NCBI GenBank assembly: GCA_017538125.1
Contig: JAFYJM010000002.1
Location: 14,032 to 78,031, forward strand
Length of the DNA stretch: 64,000 bases
Direction of reading: 5' to 3'
Origin: Bacillota bacterium
GTDB taxonomy: Bacteria > Bacillota > Clostridia > Peptostreptococcales > Anaerovoracaceae
Shown here: positions 10,547-20,281 of the stretch, piece after piece
Layout of the letters: every line of letters starts with the position of its first letter
Position numbering within the stretch: the stretch's first letter is position 1
The notes under the pieces: model-generated
Seen by the model: the letters and a program-made list of their open reading frames with translations, nothing else
Told to the model about the DNA's origin: nothing
Databases searched by the model: none
Made by a program: the position numbers and the translations under genes

Positions 10547-11436
10547 TTGCTCCTGTTCTTAAGTTCTCTGATCAGGTTTGCAAAAAATTCCGCGTTGTCA
10601 TAGTAATCGGAGATGGCTTTCAGGGCGTCGTCCGAGAGTTCATCGAGCCTCTTATATGCCTGCTCCAGTCCGTTTATGGAAGTGTAAGTATTCTTGTGAT
10701 CCTTCTGATCCTGACCGACGTTCTTGCCGAGTTCTGCGGCATCCCCTACCACGTCCAGTATGTCGTCCGCTATCTGGAATGACAATCCCAGGTTCTCCGC
10801 ATAGCGGTCCATTCTTTCGATCATATCAGGATCCGGATCGCCCAGATAAAGGCCTGCCTTGATGGCAGCCTTGATAAGAGCTCCGGTCTTATTGATGTGG
10901 ATGTATTCCAGCATCTCATTGGATATGTCGGTCTCTTCGCTCTCGATGTCCGATGTCTGACCTGCGACCATGCCTCTGACTCCTGCTCCCTTAGCTATCT
11001 CATAGGCAGCCTTTATCCTTTTCGGCAGTTGTTCAGGCTCATCGAAGTACATCATCAGATCCTTGTTCATCGCTTCAAAGGCGGTATTAAGGAGACCGTC
11101 TCCGGCCAGTATTGCCTGAGCCTCACCGTAAACTTTGTGGTTCGTCGGAAGTCCCCTTCTCAGATCGTCATTGTCCATCGCAGGCAAATCGTCATGAATG
11201 AGCGAATATGTGTGTATGTACTCGATGGCGATGGCATAAGGCAGAGCATCCTTGATGTCGCCTCCCGCGAACTCACATGACGCCAGGAGAAGTATCGGTC
11301 TGAGCCTTTTGCCCCCCGCCGTCAGGCTATATTTCATGGAATCGTACAATGAAATGCTCTTGTTGTCGATCACCGGGATGAAATCCAGAAGATGCTTGTT
11401 TATAATCTCTTTATACTCTTCATATGTCCTGTCCAT
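10543..11436 (-). CDS. ispA: Polyprenyl (farnesyl/geranylgeranyl) diphosphate synthase
   Basis: 297 aa. First and second Asp-rich motifs (LIHDDLPAMDNDDLRRG and FQIADDILD). Confidence 0.85.
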   Translation of the reverse strand: MDRTYEEYKEIINKHLLDFIPVIDNKSISLYDSMKYSLTAGGKRLRPILLLASCEFAGGDIKDALPYAIAIEYIHTYSLIHDDLPAMDNDDLRRGLPTNHKVYGEAQAILAGDGLLNTAFEAMNKDLMMYFDEPEQLPKRIKAAYEIAKGAGVRGMVAGQTSDIESEETDISNEMLEYIHINKTGALIKAAIKAGLYLGDPDPDMIERMDRYAENLGLSFQIADDILDVVGDAAELGKNVGQDQKDHKNTYTSINGLEQAYKRLDELSDDALKAISDYYDNAEFFANLIRELKNRSK

Positions 11437-11599
11437 GGTAAACCTCTATCTTGCCCTTAGTCTCTTCCAAGATCTTTTTGCAGTCTTCATAGGCTTTTAT
11501 GCCATCTTCATAGGCCTTGATGCACTCGTCGAGAGATGAATTCTCGTCTCTGATGGTCGCAGCCGTCTCTTCCAGTTTCTTTAAGCTGTCTTCAAACAT
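11420..11599 (-). CDS. xseB: Exodeoxyribonuclease VII small subunit
   Basis: 59 aa ORF, below the track cut-off: MFEDSLKKLEETAATIRDENSSLDECIKAYEDGIKAYEDCKKILEETKGKIEVYHGQDI. It has the typical XseB helical hairpin pattern. It overlaps the xseA stop (ATGTTTGA) and the ispA start. Confidence 0.75.
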   Translation of the reverse strand: MFEDSLKKLEETAATIRDENSSLDECIKAYEDGIKAYEDCKKILEETKGKIEVYHGQDI

Positions 11600-12722
11600 T
11601 TTCGATCCTCACCCTGACCTTTCCGTCTTTAAAGATCACGTTATATTCGCCGTCTGTAAGTTCTTTACCTGATCTGATCACCCTGCCCGTAGGATCCTCG
11701 ATAACGGAATATCCTTTCTCCATGATCCTGAAGGGGGCATTCTCTTCCAGTATAAGTTTGAGTTTCTCCAGTTTATGCAGGTGTTCTGTCAGTTTCCTGT
11801 CGAACTCCGTCCTCATCTGTTTAAGGACAGTATCCGTACGGAGCTCATCATATCTAAGTCTGGACTGCAGTTCCTTGAGAAGCGTATCTCTGAACTGATC
11901 AAGTTTTTTTCTGAATTCATTGAGGTCGGGTACGGCCATCTCAGCTGCGGCTGTAGGTGTCTCCGCCCTCATGTCAGCTACGAAATCTGAGATCGAGAAG
12001 TCTATCTCATGGCCGACAGCCGATATCACGGGTATCTCCGATGCGTAGATCGCTCTCGCCAGCACTTCCTCGTTGAAGGCCCAGAGATCTTCCTGAGAAC
12101 CGCCACCGCGCCCAACTATCAGCGTATCGATGTCTTTATAGTTTCTGTTAACGAACTCCAGAGCGTCAGCTATGTTCTGCGCTGCGCCCTCTCCCTGAAC
12201 GAGCACCGGGAAAACAAATATATCCACGAGATCGTTTCTGGAGCGGATGATCTTTATGATATCCTGTACGGCGGCTCCGGTCTCTGAAGTAAGTACGCCT
12301 ATCTTTCGTGGAAAAGCAGGTATGCTCTTCTTATGGGCTGCGTCGAAGAGGCCTTCCTTCTCTAGCTTCTCTTTCATCAGCTGAAAAGCCATCGCCAGAT
12401 CTCCCTCTCCTGATACAAGGATCGAACGGACGAAAAGGCTGTAATAGCCGCCTTTGCGGTAGACCGTTACCTTGCCGGTCACCGTCACATTAAGACCGTC
12501 TCCCAGCTCGTACTTGAGATTTTTTACGTATGAAGCCGGGAAAAAGCAGTTGATCTTCGAATTATCATCGCTTATGGAAAAATACACGTGTCCCGAGCTG
12601 TGATATTTCAGGTTAGAGATCTCGCCTGAAACCGCCACGTTCATCAGGAGAGTGTCGCTGTCAAAGACTCTCGCGATATAGTCATTCAATTGTGTGACCG
12701 TTATTGGTCTAAGAGCCATCAA
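11592..12722 (-). CDS. xseA: Exodeoxyribonuclease VII large subunit
   Basis: 376 aa. OB-fold N-terminus (VTQLNDYI...VSGEISNLKYHSSGHVYFSI) and catalytic region GRGGGSQEDLWAFNEE. Confidence 0.9.
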   Translation of the reverse strand: MMALRPITVTQLNDYIARVFDSDTLLMNVAVSGEISNLKYHSSGHVYFSISDDNSKINCFFPASYVKNLKYELGDGLNVTVTGKVTVYRKGGYYSLFVRSILVSGEGDLAMAFQLMKEKLEKEGLFDAAHKKSIPAFPRKIGVLTSETGAAVQDIIKIIRSRNDLVDIFVFPVLVQGEGAAQNIADALEFVNRNYKDIDTLIVGRGGGSQEDLWAFNEEVLARAIYASEIPVISAVGHEIDFSISDFVADMRAETPTAAAEMAVPDLNEFRKKLDQFRDTLLKELQSRLRYDELRTDTVLKQMRTEFDRKLTEHLHKLEKLKLILEENAPFRIMEKGYSVIEDPTGRVIRSGKELTDGEYNVIFKDGKVRVRIENV

Positions 12723-13669
12723 GCCTCTCCTCTTATATGTTTCAGCATCAGGAGGGCTGTGCCGCAGGCATTGTCTCCTGACAGTTCAGGCGGTCCGAAG
12801 ACCAGAGTATATTCGTTTCCCAATTCTCTCTGGATCTTATCTTTGATGTATTCTGAAGAGGCTACTCCTCCCGAAAAGATAAGACCCTTCGTGCCATATT
12901 TATCCGAAAGCTGTCTGCTCATCTTAATGATCGAATCGGCCAGTCTGTCAAAGACTTCTCTGATCAATCCTGTTGTGTGTTCAAGGTCGAAGTCAGTGTC
13001 ATCAAGAGTCCTCATCGCCTGAGCCTCGATACCGCTCAGATTGATGTAAGCGTCATTTACCTTGATCGGTGTAAGCAGATCTGTCACAGTACCTGCCTCA
13101 AGGGCGATACTGTCCAGTGCTTCTCCCGCCGGGAAAGCATAGCCGAGTTTCACTCCTATCCGGTCAAGGACCTGTCCGTAGGAAATGTCCTTCGTGCCTC
13201 CGACTATCTCACCCCTGAATATCGCTTCGGTCGTACCGCCGGAGAAGTGAAAGAAGATCACGTTTTCTTTATCTCTCAATTCCGAATAGTACTTCACTGC
13301 TTCCACATGGCCTTCCTGATGAGAGACCTCTAGAAGCGGCAGATCCATGGCTGATGAAAGTTCTTTCGCAAGGACATGACCTGCCAGGAAGCAAGGCATA
13401 TAACTTCCATCCCTGGGTCTCGGTCTTGTGGAGACCGATATGCCTCTTATCCTCTCACGGTATTCCATGACATCCGCTATCGGTCCGGGCAGCCTGTTCA
13501 CATGCTGAAAGAACGCCTCTGACTGTCTGAGCCCTCTCTCCCCTTCAGGTACTTTCAGGAGTTCGCGATAATTATAGACAATACTGCCTTCAAGGTCGAC
13601 GAGGGCCACCGAAGTCCTGTAGTTGCTGGTGTCGATCCCGAGGATCAGATCTTTTTCGGTATCCATCAT
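12719..13669 (-). CDS. Kae1/TsaD-like ASKHA-fold protein (peptidase M22 family paralogue), function uncertain
   Basis: 316 aa. [17 protein letters not shown] phosphate-1 motif and an HQEGH motif at the position of the TsaD HMEGH metal site. It lacks the canonical TsaD SCDET signature. Confidence 0.55.
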   Translation of the reverse strand: MMDTEKDLILGIDTSNYRTSVALVDLEGSIVYNYRELLKVPEGERGLRQSEAFFQHVNRLPGPIADVMEYRERIRGISVSTRPRPRDGSYMPCFLAGHVLAKELSSAMDLPLLEVSHQEGHVEAVKYYSELRDKENVIFFHFSGGTTEAIFRGEIVGGTKDISYGQVLDRIGVKLGYAFPAGEALDSIALEAGTVTDLLTPIKVNDAYINLSGIEAQAMRTLDDTDFDLEHTTGLIREVFDRLADSIIKMSRQLSDKYGTKGLIFSGGVASSEYIKDKIQRELGNEYTLVFGPPELSGDNACGTALLMLKHIRGEA

Positions 13670-14052
13670 TCAGGTATCTTGCCAAGTATGGCATTAATAA
13701 ACTTGCCGGAATCCTCTGTGCCGTATTTTTTGGCTAGTTCGACTGCTTCGTTGATGGCCACCGCCTTTGGCACGTCTTCACGGTATTTTATCTCCGCCGC
13801 AGCGACGCGGATAATAGCCAGATCTGCCTTGGCCATCCTCCCTGTCGTCCAGCCGCTGGAGACTTCGTTTATGATCCCGTCGATATCATCTCTGTTCTCG
13901 ATTACGTGGGTCAATACGTCCTTTGCGTAGTCGTACTGGCTTCCCAGCTCGTCTATGTCTAGAAGATCATCAGCTGCACGATCCCACTCGTGTGCCGCAT
14001 CTATCTGAAATGCTTTGGACATTACGTATTCTCTTGCATTTTTTCTTCTCAT
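13666..14052 (-). CDS. nusB: Transcription antitermination factor NusB
   Basis: NusB pattern ([15 protein letters not shown]..., [13 protein letters not shown]...[10 protein letters not shown]). I prefer the start at 14052 (MRRKNA...) because AAGGA lies 6 nt upstream. The track ORF extends to 14091. Confidence 0.88.
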   Translation of the reverse strand: MRRKNAREYVMSKAFQIDAAHEWDRAADDLLDIDELGSQYDYAKDVLTHVIENRDDIDGIINEVSSGWTTGRMAKADLAIIRVAAAEIKYREDVPKAVAINEAVELAKKYGTEDSGKFINAILGKIPE

Positions 14053-14068
14053 GTCTTTTCCTTTCAGG

Positions 14069-14374
14069 TCAGGTGTTTTCCCGGGCTTCATTGACGCCCT
14101 GGATGTGTATGTCTATCTTCTGCGCTTTATATCCGGAGGAGTTCTTCACGGCAGCCTTCACCGCATTCTGAACGTCCCAGGAGACCGCAGGGATCTTGTA
14201 TCCGTATATCACTTCGATATATATTTTCAGCTCGACGGTCTTTTGGTCAGGATCGCCATCCGCCCTGACATCAAGCACCTTTGAGATACCCTCTATCGAT
14301 GAGGCGGCCTGTAAGGCTGACTCGGTAATGAGCTCCTTGATTATTTTATTGTCTGGGCCTTTTTCTTTAGACAT
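14069..14374 (-). CDS. Asp23/Gls24 family alkaline-shock protein
   Basis: 101 aa with an Asp23-like pattern ([24 protein letters not shown]). It sits immediately upstream of nusB, as B. subtilis yqhY does. Confidence 0.8.
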   Translation of the reverse strand: MSKEKGPDNKIIKELITESALQAASSIEGISKVLDVRADGDPDQKTVELKIYIEVIYGYKIPAVSWDVQNAVKAAVKNSSGYKAQKIDIHIQGVNEARENT

Positions 14375-14409
14375 AAATACACCTACCTATACATAGTATA
14401 TTATAACCA

Positions 14410-14438
14410 AAAATCATACATAATTCAACCTTTAACTA
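14410..14438 (-). promoter_or_regulatory. Putative sigma-A promoter TTGAAT-17 nt-TATAAT for the asp23-nusB-xse-ispA-dxs cluster
   Basis: Minus-strand -35 TTGAAT (14433-14438) and -10 TATAAT (14410-14415) with an exact 17 nt spacer, about 35 nt upstream of the asp23 ATG. Confidence 0.5.
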
Positions 14439-14497
14439 TTCCGAAAAATGTATATTTGTGGATACATGGTGCAAAGCCTGTTTTGATCGTTTCTGAT

Positions 14498-14533
14498 AAA
14501 CAAAAGACCCCCTGCTCTTTCGGGCAAGGGGTC
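14498..14533 (-). terminator. Intrinsic terminator after the NuoE/NuoF/large-subunit operon
   Basis: GC-rich hairpin GACCCCTTGCCCGAAAGAGCAGGGGGTC (minus strand, 14506-14533) followed by a CTTTTGTTT tract. Confidence 0.75.
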
Positions 14534-14552
14534 TTCAAAATATATAACTTAC

Positions 14553-17500
14553 TTAGAGGGTCGCGTCAACAGGTTCGGGAAGTCTCTCGATTATTGACTG
14601 CATAAGGCTGTCGGTCGTCGGAAGCGGATCGACCACAGGGCCGTCAGCAACAGCGACCAGTTTAGGATCTACCGGTGTGAGCACGTTACCGAATACTTCT
14701 CCGAGTATGGAGTATTTATAGATATCTTCGGTATCGCACATCTCATCCGAGATATCATCCGTATCTTCCCAAGGAGTATCAACTTCGAAGATATGTGCTA
14801 TCTCCTGAGCGACCTCCCAGTTGGACATCGCGATGCCTTCGTCCACTGCTGCTTCTACCGCCTGGAGTCTTCTCTCCGTATTGGTGAAGGTTCCATTCGT
14901 TGAAGCGAAGCCGGTTCCCGGAATGAATACGTCTGCCTTCTCGCCGAGTTCAGTGAGATGCGTATCGCATACTGCGAGGAACTCAAGTGAGTCGGTATCG
15001 ATCGGTGCGTTCTCTCCGAATACCACAAGGGCTTTAACTCCCTCGAGGGCTTCAGCTCCGGCTGTGATACCCAGATCTACGAGGCCCTGAGAGTTGTTCT
15101 TGGGCTTGATCTGAAGGATACCGTCACGAGGCTTGCCGATGTGTCCGGAAGCGAGTGCGATATCCGCTACGAGTGTAGCGCCGTCTACCGTCAGCATGTT
15201 CTGCTGGTAAACGATCATGGCCTTCTTAGCCTTGAGATACTCGTCAGCTATCTTCTGAGCTTCTGCAGAAACTTCAACGCCTTCGAGCGAAGCCTTGAAT
15301 TCATCGATTCCTTCAAGTTTATCAGCTTTGCCGGAAGCGACTACTGCCTTGGCGATCTGCTTGAGGAATCCGAGATCGTTCTCACCGGAGCAGAGATCGA
15401 TGAGCTTAGCTCCTCTCTCCTGAGCCTGCTTGATCTTGAGATCGATCACTCTGGAGTCTGCAGGTTCGAAGCCGATCCTTAAGATCAGGTTGGTCGAAAG
15501 AAGTTCGTCGATCGTGTTCGGTGAAGCGTCGTAGCCTAGTACCTTCTCAAGTCCTGACTGACGGTTGTTCAGGCAGAGCACCTTAGCTCCCATGGCCTGA
15601 GCCATTACCTTCATGGCATATGCTTCCTCGTTGGTATATCTGTCGGAGATAGCTACTGCGATAGCATCCTTGCCGTACTTCTGACCTACGATCTGGCATC
15701 TCTTGGCGACCAGCATGAGTGCTTCATGATAATCGGACTCTCTGAATTCGCCGTCTTCCTTGACGAAGCAGTCTTCGACCTTGCCTTCAAGGATGGCGCC
15801 GTCGAAGCCCCACTTACCTCTTCCGCAGGCGAGACCTTTGTTCACTAAGCCTTCCTTATCAGGGTTAGCCTTGATAAGCATGTCGCCGCAGGATTCAAGC
15901 TTGAGAGTACATCCGACAGAGCACATTGAGCAAGTGGTGATAGTCTCTTCTGTCTCGACAGGAACTTCCTTGACCATTGAAGTTCTTTCCTGAAGAGCTC
16001 CGGTAGGACATACTGATACGCACTGTCCGCAGGAGATACAGCCGGACTGAATTAAAGGCTTCTCCATGTTCGGCTTGACTACTGTGTCAAATCCACGGTT
16101 CACGAGGCCAAGAGCTCCAACGCCCATTACCTCGTCACAGACTCTGACGCAAAGACCGCAAAGAATGCACTTGTTCGGGTCTCTTACTATGAACGGGTGA
16201 TCATCCTCGAACTCGATGGTCGATTTCTCACCTTCGAATCTCTCAGGATGTACGTCATACTGGTTAGCGAAGTCAATCAGCTTGCACTCGAAGTAGTCGT
16301 GGCAGCCGCATTCCAGACATCTGGAAGCTTCAGCCATAGCCTGCTCTTCATTATATGCGCAAGGGATGACTTCTGAGAAGTTGCCCTTTCTCTCTTCGGG
16401 GATGAGCTGAGGAAGTTCAGGTCTGCACATTCTCTCTCTGTCTTCGAAATCTTCAGCAGTGAGGTCATCTCTGGTTACTACGAATCTCTCTCTGTACTTG
16501 ATGTCTTCTCCATAGAGATAAGCGTCGATGATGTCAGATGCCTTCTTCGCGTCAGCAATGGCTTCTATAGCGATGGAGATCTTGTCATTACCGCAGTCGC
16601 CACCAGCAAATACGCCGGGGATCGATGTCATGAAGGTCTCTTTGTCGTATGCGATAGCTCCCTTTCTGGTCTTGTCGCCTGTGAAGATGGAAGCATCTAC
16701 AGCCTGGCCGATAGCGAGGATCATCGTATCAAGAGCGATGGTCTCGGTCTTGCCTTCAACAGGTACAGGTCTTCTTCTTCCTGACTCGTCGGGTTCGCCG
16801 AGCTCCATTACCTGAAGGATGACTTCCTTCACGTGGCCGTTCTCGTCCTTTACGATCTCGAGAGGATTGGTGAGGTTCTTGAAGATGACGCCCTCTTCCT
16901 CTGCTTCCTCGATCTCGATCATGTCAGCAGGCATCTCGTCCTTGGTACGACGATAGATGTTGTAAACTTCCTTAGCGCCCATTCTGACTGCTGTACGGCA
17001 GGCGTCCATAGCGGTGTTGCCGCCGCCTACGATGGCAACTCTGTCGCCCAGCTTGATCTCTTCGTTGGTGACTACCTTTCTCAGGAAATCGATACCGCCG
17101 ATGACTCCGTCAGCATCTTCTCCCTTGCAGCCGACGCCAGTTGATACCCAGGCACCGATTCCAAGGAGAACAGCGTCGAAATCTGCTCTGATGGTCTCAA
17201 AAGGAATGTCCTCTCCGACCTTCGTGCAGGTTATGATCTCCACACCCATGGCCTCGATGGTTGCGATCTCTTCATCGAGGACAGCCTTAGGAAGTCTGTA
17301 TTCGGGAATACCGTATCTAAGCATGCCGCCGCAGTTAGGCATCGACTCGTAGATCGTTACAGCGTGTCCCATCTGGCGAAGGAAATAAGCTGCGGATAAG
17401 CCCATCGGGCCGCCGCCTATGATAGCTACTGACTTGCCTGTATCCTCTTCGCACTCGGGCACGAACATCTCGCCCGCGAGGTCGTTGTCAGCCGCGAATC

Positions 17501-18011
17501 TCTTCAGCTGCTGGATGGAGATCGGCTCGTCGATCAATCCTCTTCTGCACTCTTCTTCACAAGGGTGCGGGCATACTCTTCCGAGTGATGCGGGAAGAGG
17601 GATTTTGTCTTTGATGAGTTCCAGAGCCTTGTCGAACTCGCCGTTTGCGATGAGTCCCACATATCCCTGGCAGTCGGTATGTCCGGGACATGCGATCACG
17701 CAAGGCGGACGGCAGTCGCCGGTGTGGTTGGAGAGCAGGAGCTCCAGATTGGTCTTCCTGGATTCGATTACTCTCTCGGTCTGGGAATTCACTACCATTC
17801 CCGGAGCGATCTCGGTGGCGCATGCTTTGCAAAGCTTTGGGTTGCCCTCTACTTCGCACATGCACAGACCGCAGGAACCGTAGATCCTGGTTCTTTCGTC
17901 ATAGCAAAGAGTAGGAATAAAAATGTCATTTTCCCTGGCAACTTCTAGGATGGTCTGTCCGGGGAATCCGGTCACTTCTTTGCCGTTTATATTCAGTAAG
18001 AATTTGTTCAT
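14553..18011 (-). CDS. 1152 aa multidomain iron-sulfur flavoprotein. Domains: N-terminal 2Fe-2S ferredoxin, GltD/NfnB-like NAD(P)H FAD oxidoreductase, NuoG/HydA-type 4Fe-4S modules, and a truncated molybdopterin-oxidoreductase-like domain.
   Basis: By amino-acid range:
- aa 36-65: Cys pattern of a 2Fe-2S ferredoxin (CYDER...CGLCMCEV...CKAC).
- aa 100-155: GltD-type clusters (CRPPCVIACP, RVCPHPCEEEC).
- aa 195-240: GGGPMGLSAAYFL...GGMLRYGIPEYRLPK.
- aa 326-335: second Rossmann motif VAIVGGGNTAMD.
- aa 565-670: CLECGCHDYFEC, CILCGLCVRVC, CISCGQCVSVCP.
- aa 694-708: Mo-bisPGD-type CSMCSVGCTLKLESC. Confidence 0.75.
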   Translation of the reverse strand: MNKFLLNINGKEVTGFPGQTILEVARENDIFIPTLCYDERTRIYGSCGLCMCEVEGNPKLCKACATEIAPGMVVNSQTERVIESRKTNLELLLSNHTGDCRPPCVIACPGHTDCQGYVGLIANGEFDKALELIKDKIPLPASLGRVCPHPCEEECRRGLIDEPISIQQLKRFAADNDLAGEMFVPECEEDTGKSVAIIGGGPMGLSAAYFLRQMGHAVTIYESMPNCGGMLRYGIPEYRLPKAVLDEEIATIEAMGVEIITCTKVGEDIPFETIRADFDAVLLGIGAWVSTGVGCKGEDADGVIGGIDFLRKVVTNEEIKLGDRVAIVGGGNTAMDACRTAVRMGAKEVYNIYRRTKDEMPADMIEIEEAEEEGVIFKNLTNPLEIVKDENGHVKEVILQVMELGEPDESGRRRPVPVEGKTETIALDTMILAIGQAVDASIFTGDKTRKGAIAYDKETFMTSIPGVFAGGDCGNDKISIAIEAIADAKKASDIIDAYLYGEDIKYRERFVVTRDDLTAEDFEDRERMCRPELPQLIPEERKGNFSEVIPCAYNEEQAMAEASRCLECGCHDYFECKLIDFANQYDVHPERFEGEKSTIEFEDDHPFIVRDPNKCILCGLCVRVCDEVMGVGALGLVNRGFDTVVKPNMEKPLIQSGCISCGQCVSVCPTGALQERTSMVKEVPVETEETITTCSMCSVGCTLKLESCGDMLIKANPDKEGLVNKGLACGRGKWGFDGAILEGKVEDCFVKEDGEFRESDYHEALMLVAKRCQIVGQKYGKDAIAVAISDRYTNEEAYAMKVMAQAMGAKVLCLNNRQSGLEKVLGYDASPNTIDELLSTNLILRIGFEPADSRVIDLKIKQAQERGAKLIDLCSGENDLGFLKQIAKAVVASGKADKLEGIDEFKASLEGVEVSAEAQKIADEYLKAKKAMIVYQQNMLTVDGATLVADIALASGHIGKPRDGILQIKPKNNSQGLVDLGITAGAEALEGVKALVVFGENAPIDTDSLEFLAVCDTHLTELGEKADVFIPGTGFASTNGTFTNTERRLQAVEAAVDEGIAMSNWEVAQEIAHIFEVDTPWEDTDDISDEMCDTEDIYKYSILGEVFGNVLTPVDPKLVAVADGPVVDPLPTTDSLMQSIIERLPEPVDATL

Positions 18012-18030
18012 TTTATTACCTCCTCCCCTA

Positions 18031-19779
18031 TCAGATCTTATCTATTGCGCCGAACTTACAGTTGTCAAGACACTTGCCGCACTTGATGCAGACATCCTGA
18101 TCGATGACGTGGAGTTCCTTGACCTTGCCGGAGATGGCATTGACAGGGCAATTCCTTGCGCAAAGCGTACATCCTCTGCACTTTTCATTGATGCTGAACT
18201 TGATGAGAGCCTTGCAGGAATGAGCTGTGCATTTTTTGTTGTAGATGTGGTCTTCGTACTCGTTTCTGAAGTGGCGAATGGTTGAAAGTACAGGGTTAGG
18301 AGCTGTCTGACCGAGACCGCAGAGCGATCCCTGCATGACTTTGGTAGCCAGTTCCTGGAGAAGCTCGATATCTCCGTCTCTTCCTTCGCCTTCTGTGATC
18401 CTGGTCAGGATCTCAAGAAGTCTCTTGGTGCCGATCCTGCAGTAGTTGCACTTGCCGCAGGACTCGTCTCTGGTGAAGTTCAGGAAGTATCTCGCCATAT
18501 CTACCATACAGGTCTCTTCGTCCATAACGATCATACCGCCGGAACCGACGATAGCACCTGTCTTGGTGATGTCTTCATATGTTACCTGCGTATCTCCCAG
18601 AGAAGCGGGGATGCATCCGCCGGAAGGTCCGCCCATCTGTACGGCTTTGAATTCTTTGTCGTTTCTGATACCGCCGCCGATACCGTAGATGATGTCGTTG
18701 ATGGTCATGCCCATGGGTACCTCTACGAGGCCGCCCTTCTTGATCTTGCCGGCGAGAGCGAATACCTTGGTTCCGGGTGATTTCTCTGTTCCGAACTTCG
18801 CGAATGCTGCTCCGCCGTTATGGATGATCCAGGGAACGTTAGCGAGGGTCTCAACGTTATTGATATCGGTGGGTTTCTGCCAGAATCCCTTAGCTGCAGG
18901 GAAAGGAGGTTTAAGTCTCGGCATACCTCTCTCGCCTTCCAGTGAAGCGATAAGGGCTGTTTCTTCTCCGCAGACGAATGCGCCTGCGCCGGCCTTGATA
19001 TAGATATCGAAGTCGAAGCCTGAATTGAAGAGGTTCTTTCCGAGATAGCCTTTCTCTCTGGCCTGTGCCATGGCGATCTCAAGTCTCTTGATTGCCAGAG
19101 GATACTCAGCACGGCAGTAGATAACGCCCTGGTGTGCTCCCATGGCATAACCTGCGATGGCCATTCCTTCAAGAACTGAATGAGGGTCGCCCTCAAGAAC
19201 GGATCTGTCCATGAATGCGCCCGGGTCACCTTCGTCGGCGTTGCAGACCATGTACTTCTCATTTCCGGGAGAAGCTTTGGCAGCGTTCCACTTGAACCAT
19301 GTAGGGAAGCCTGCGCCTCCTCTTCCTCTTAAACCGGAAGCCTTCATCTCTTCGATGACCTGCTCGGGCTTCATTGTCGTGAGCACCTTCTCCAGAGCCT
19401 TGTAACCGTCGACTGCCAGATACTCGTCGATGTTCTCGGGATTGATGACTCCGCAGTTTCTTAAGACGACTCTCTGCTGTCTCTCGACGAAGCCTTCATC
19501 CTCATCGGAGATGGAGAACTCTTCGACAGGCTTGCCGCCCTTGATGTGCTCTTCTACGATCCTTTCGACCTTATCAGGCTGTACCTTGACATATCTGGTC
19601 ATCCAGCCGTTGTCCTCATAGACGTCAACGATGGGTTCCAGGTAGCAGGTACCAACGCAGCCTGTGATGGTGAGTTCGGCATCGAGATTGTTAGCTTTGA
19701 GCTGCTTTTCAAATTCTGCAGCGGTTTTCTTTGCGCCTGTGGCTACACCGCAGGAACCTTGTCCAACTACTATTTTCAT
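18031..19779 (-). CDS. NuoF/HydB-like NADH-binding FMN iron-sulfur subunit
   Basis: 582 aa. Thioredoxin-like N-terminus, GLRGRGGAGFPTWFKWN (FMN/NADH site), SCGKCNYCR (N3 cluster), and a C-terminal 2x[4Fe-4S] ferredoxin (CRGCTLCARNCP, CIKCGKCLDNC). Confidence 0.9.
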   Translation of the reverse strand: MKIVVGQGSCGVATGAKKTAAEFEKQLKANNLDAELTITGCVGTCYLEPIVDVYEDNGWMTRYVKVQPDKVERIVEEHIKGGKPVEEFSISDEDEGFVERQQRVVLRNCGVINPENIDEYLAVDGYKALEKVLTTMKPEQVIEEMKASGLRGRGGAGFPTWFKWNAAKASPGNEKYMVCNADEGDPGAFMDRSVLEGDPHSVLEGMAIAGYAMGAHQGVIYCRAEYPLAIKRLEIAMAQAREKGYLGKNLFNSGFDFDIYIKAGAGAFVCGEETALIASLEGERGMPRLKPPFPAAKGFWQKPTDINNVETLANVPWIIHNGGAAFAKFGTEKSPGTKVFALAGKIKKGGLVEVPMGMTINDIIYGIGGGIRNDKEFKAVQMGGPSGGCIPASLGDTQVTYEDITKTGAIVGSGGMIVMDEETCMVDMARYFLNFTRDESCGKCNYCRIGTKRLLEILTRITEGEGRDGDIELLQELATKVMQGSLCGLGQTAPNPVLSTIRHFRNEYEDHIYNKKCTAHSCKALIKFSINEKCRGCTLCARNCPVNAISGKVKELHVIDQDVCIKCGKCLDNCKFGAIDKI

Positions 19780-19789
19780 CTCTTACCTC

Positions 19790-20281
19790 CTATCCTCTGG
19801 CTGCGATCTCTTTGAGGATCGCCCTTACGCTGTCCTTGGTGAGGTTGCCGTATGTCTCGTCACCGTCGGTGGATCTTACCATCATTACGGGTGCAAGTGA
19901 ACAGCAGCCGAGGCAAGCTACATTATTGATAGTAAAAATGTTGTCCTCTGTGGTCTCGCCGTCAACGATTCCCAGTTCCTCGCATACGGTCTCATAGATC
20001 GCCTCTGAACCGTTTACGTGGCAGGCTGTTCCCTGGCACATCATGAGCAGATACTTGCCGATGGGCTCCAGTCTGAACTGAGCGTAAAACGTGGCTACAC
20101 CATAGATCTTGGCAGGCTTGATGCCTGTGGCGTCAGCGATATGGTTGATACAGTCCTTGCTGAGATAACCATAGATCTCCTGAGCCTTCTGAAGGATCGT
20201 GATCAGGCTGCCTTTGACGCCCGCGTACTGATCCAACGTCGGTTGAAGCTCCTTGAAAGCTTCAGATCTCTTTTCAGTCAT
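19790..20281 (-). CDS. NuoE/HydC-like thioredoxin-fold 2Fe-2S subunit
   Basis: CQGTACHVNG ... VACLGCCSLAPVMMV cysteine pattern. I prefer the start at 20281 (MTEKRS) because GAGAGG lies 7 nt upstream. The track ORF begins at 20296. Confidence 0.88.
   Translation of the reverse strand: MTEKRSEAFKELQPTLDQYAGVKGSLITILQKAQEIYGYLSKDCINHIADATGIKPAKIYGVATFYAQFRLEPIGKYLLMMCQGTACHVNGSEAIYETVCEELGIVDGETTEDNIFTINNVACLGCCSLAPVMMVRSTDGDETYGNLTKDSVRAILKEIAARG

Noticed and set aside
14553-15944. Formate dehydrogenase alpha subunit or selenoprotein
   Set aside because: There is no in-frame TGA, and no Cys/Sec-His dyad at the expected position (the sequence reads NNRQSG). The domain also appears truncated, so I treat it as a NuoG-like relic.
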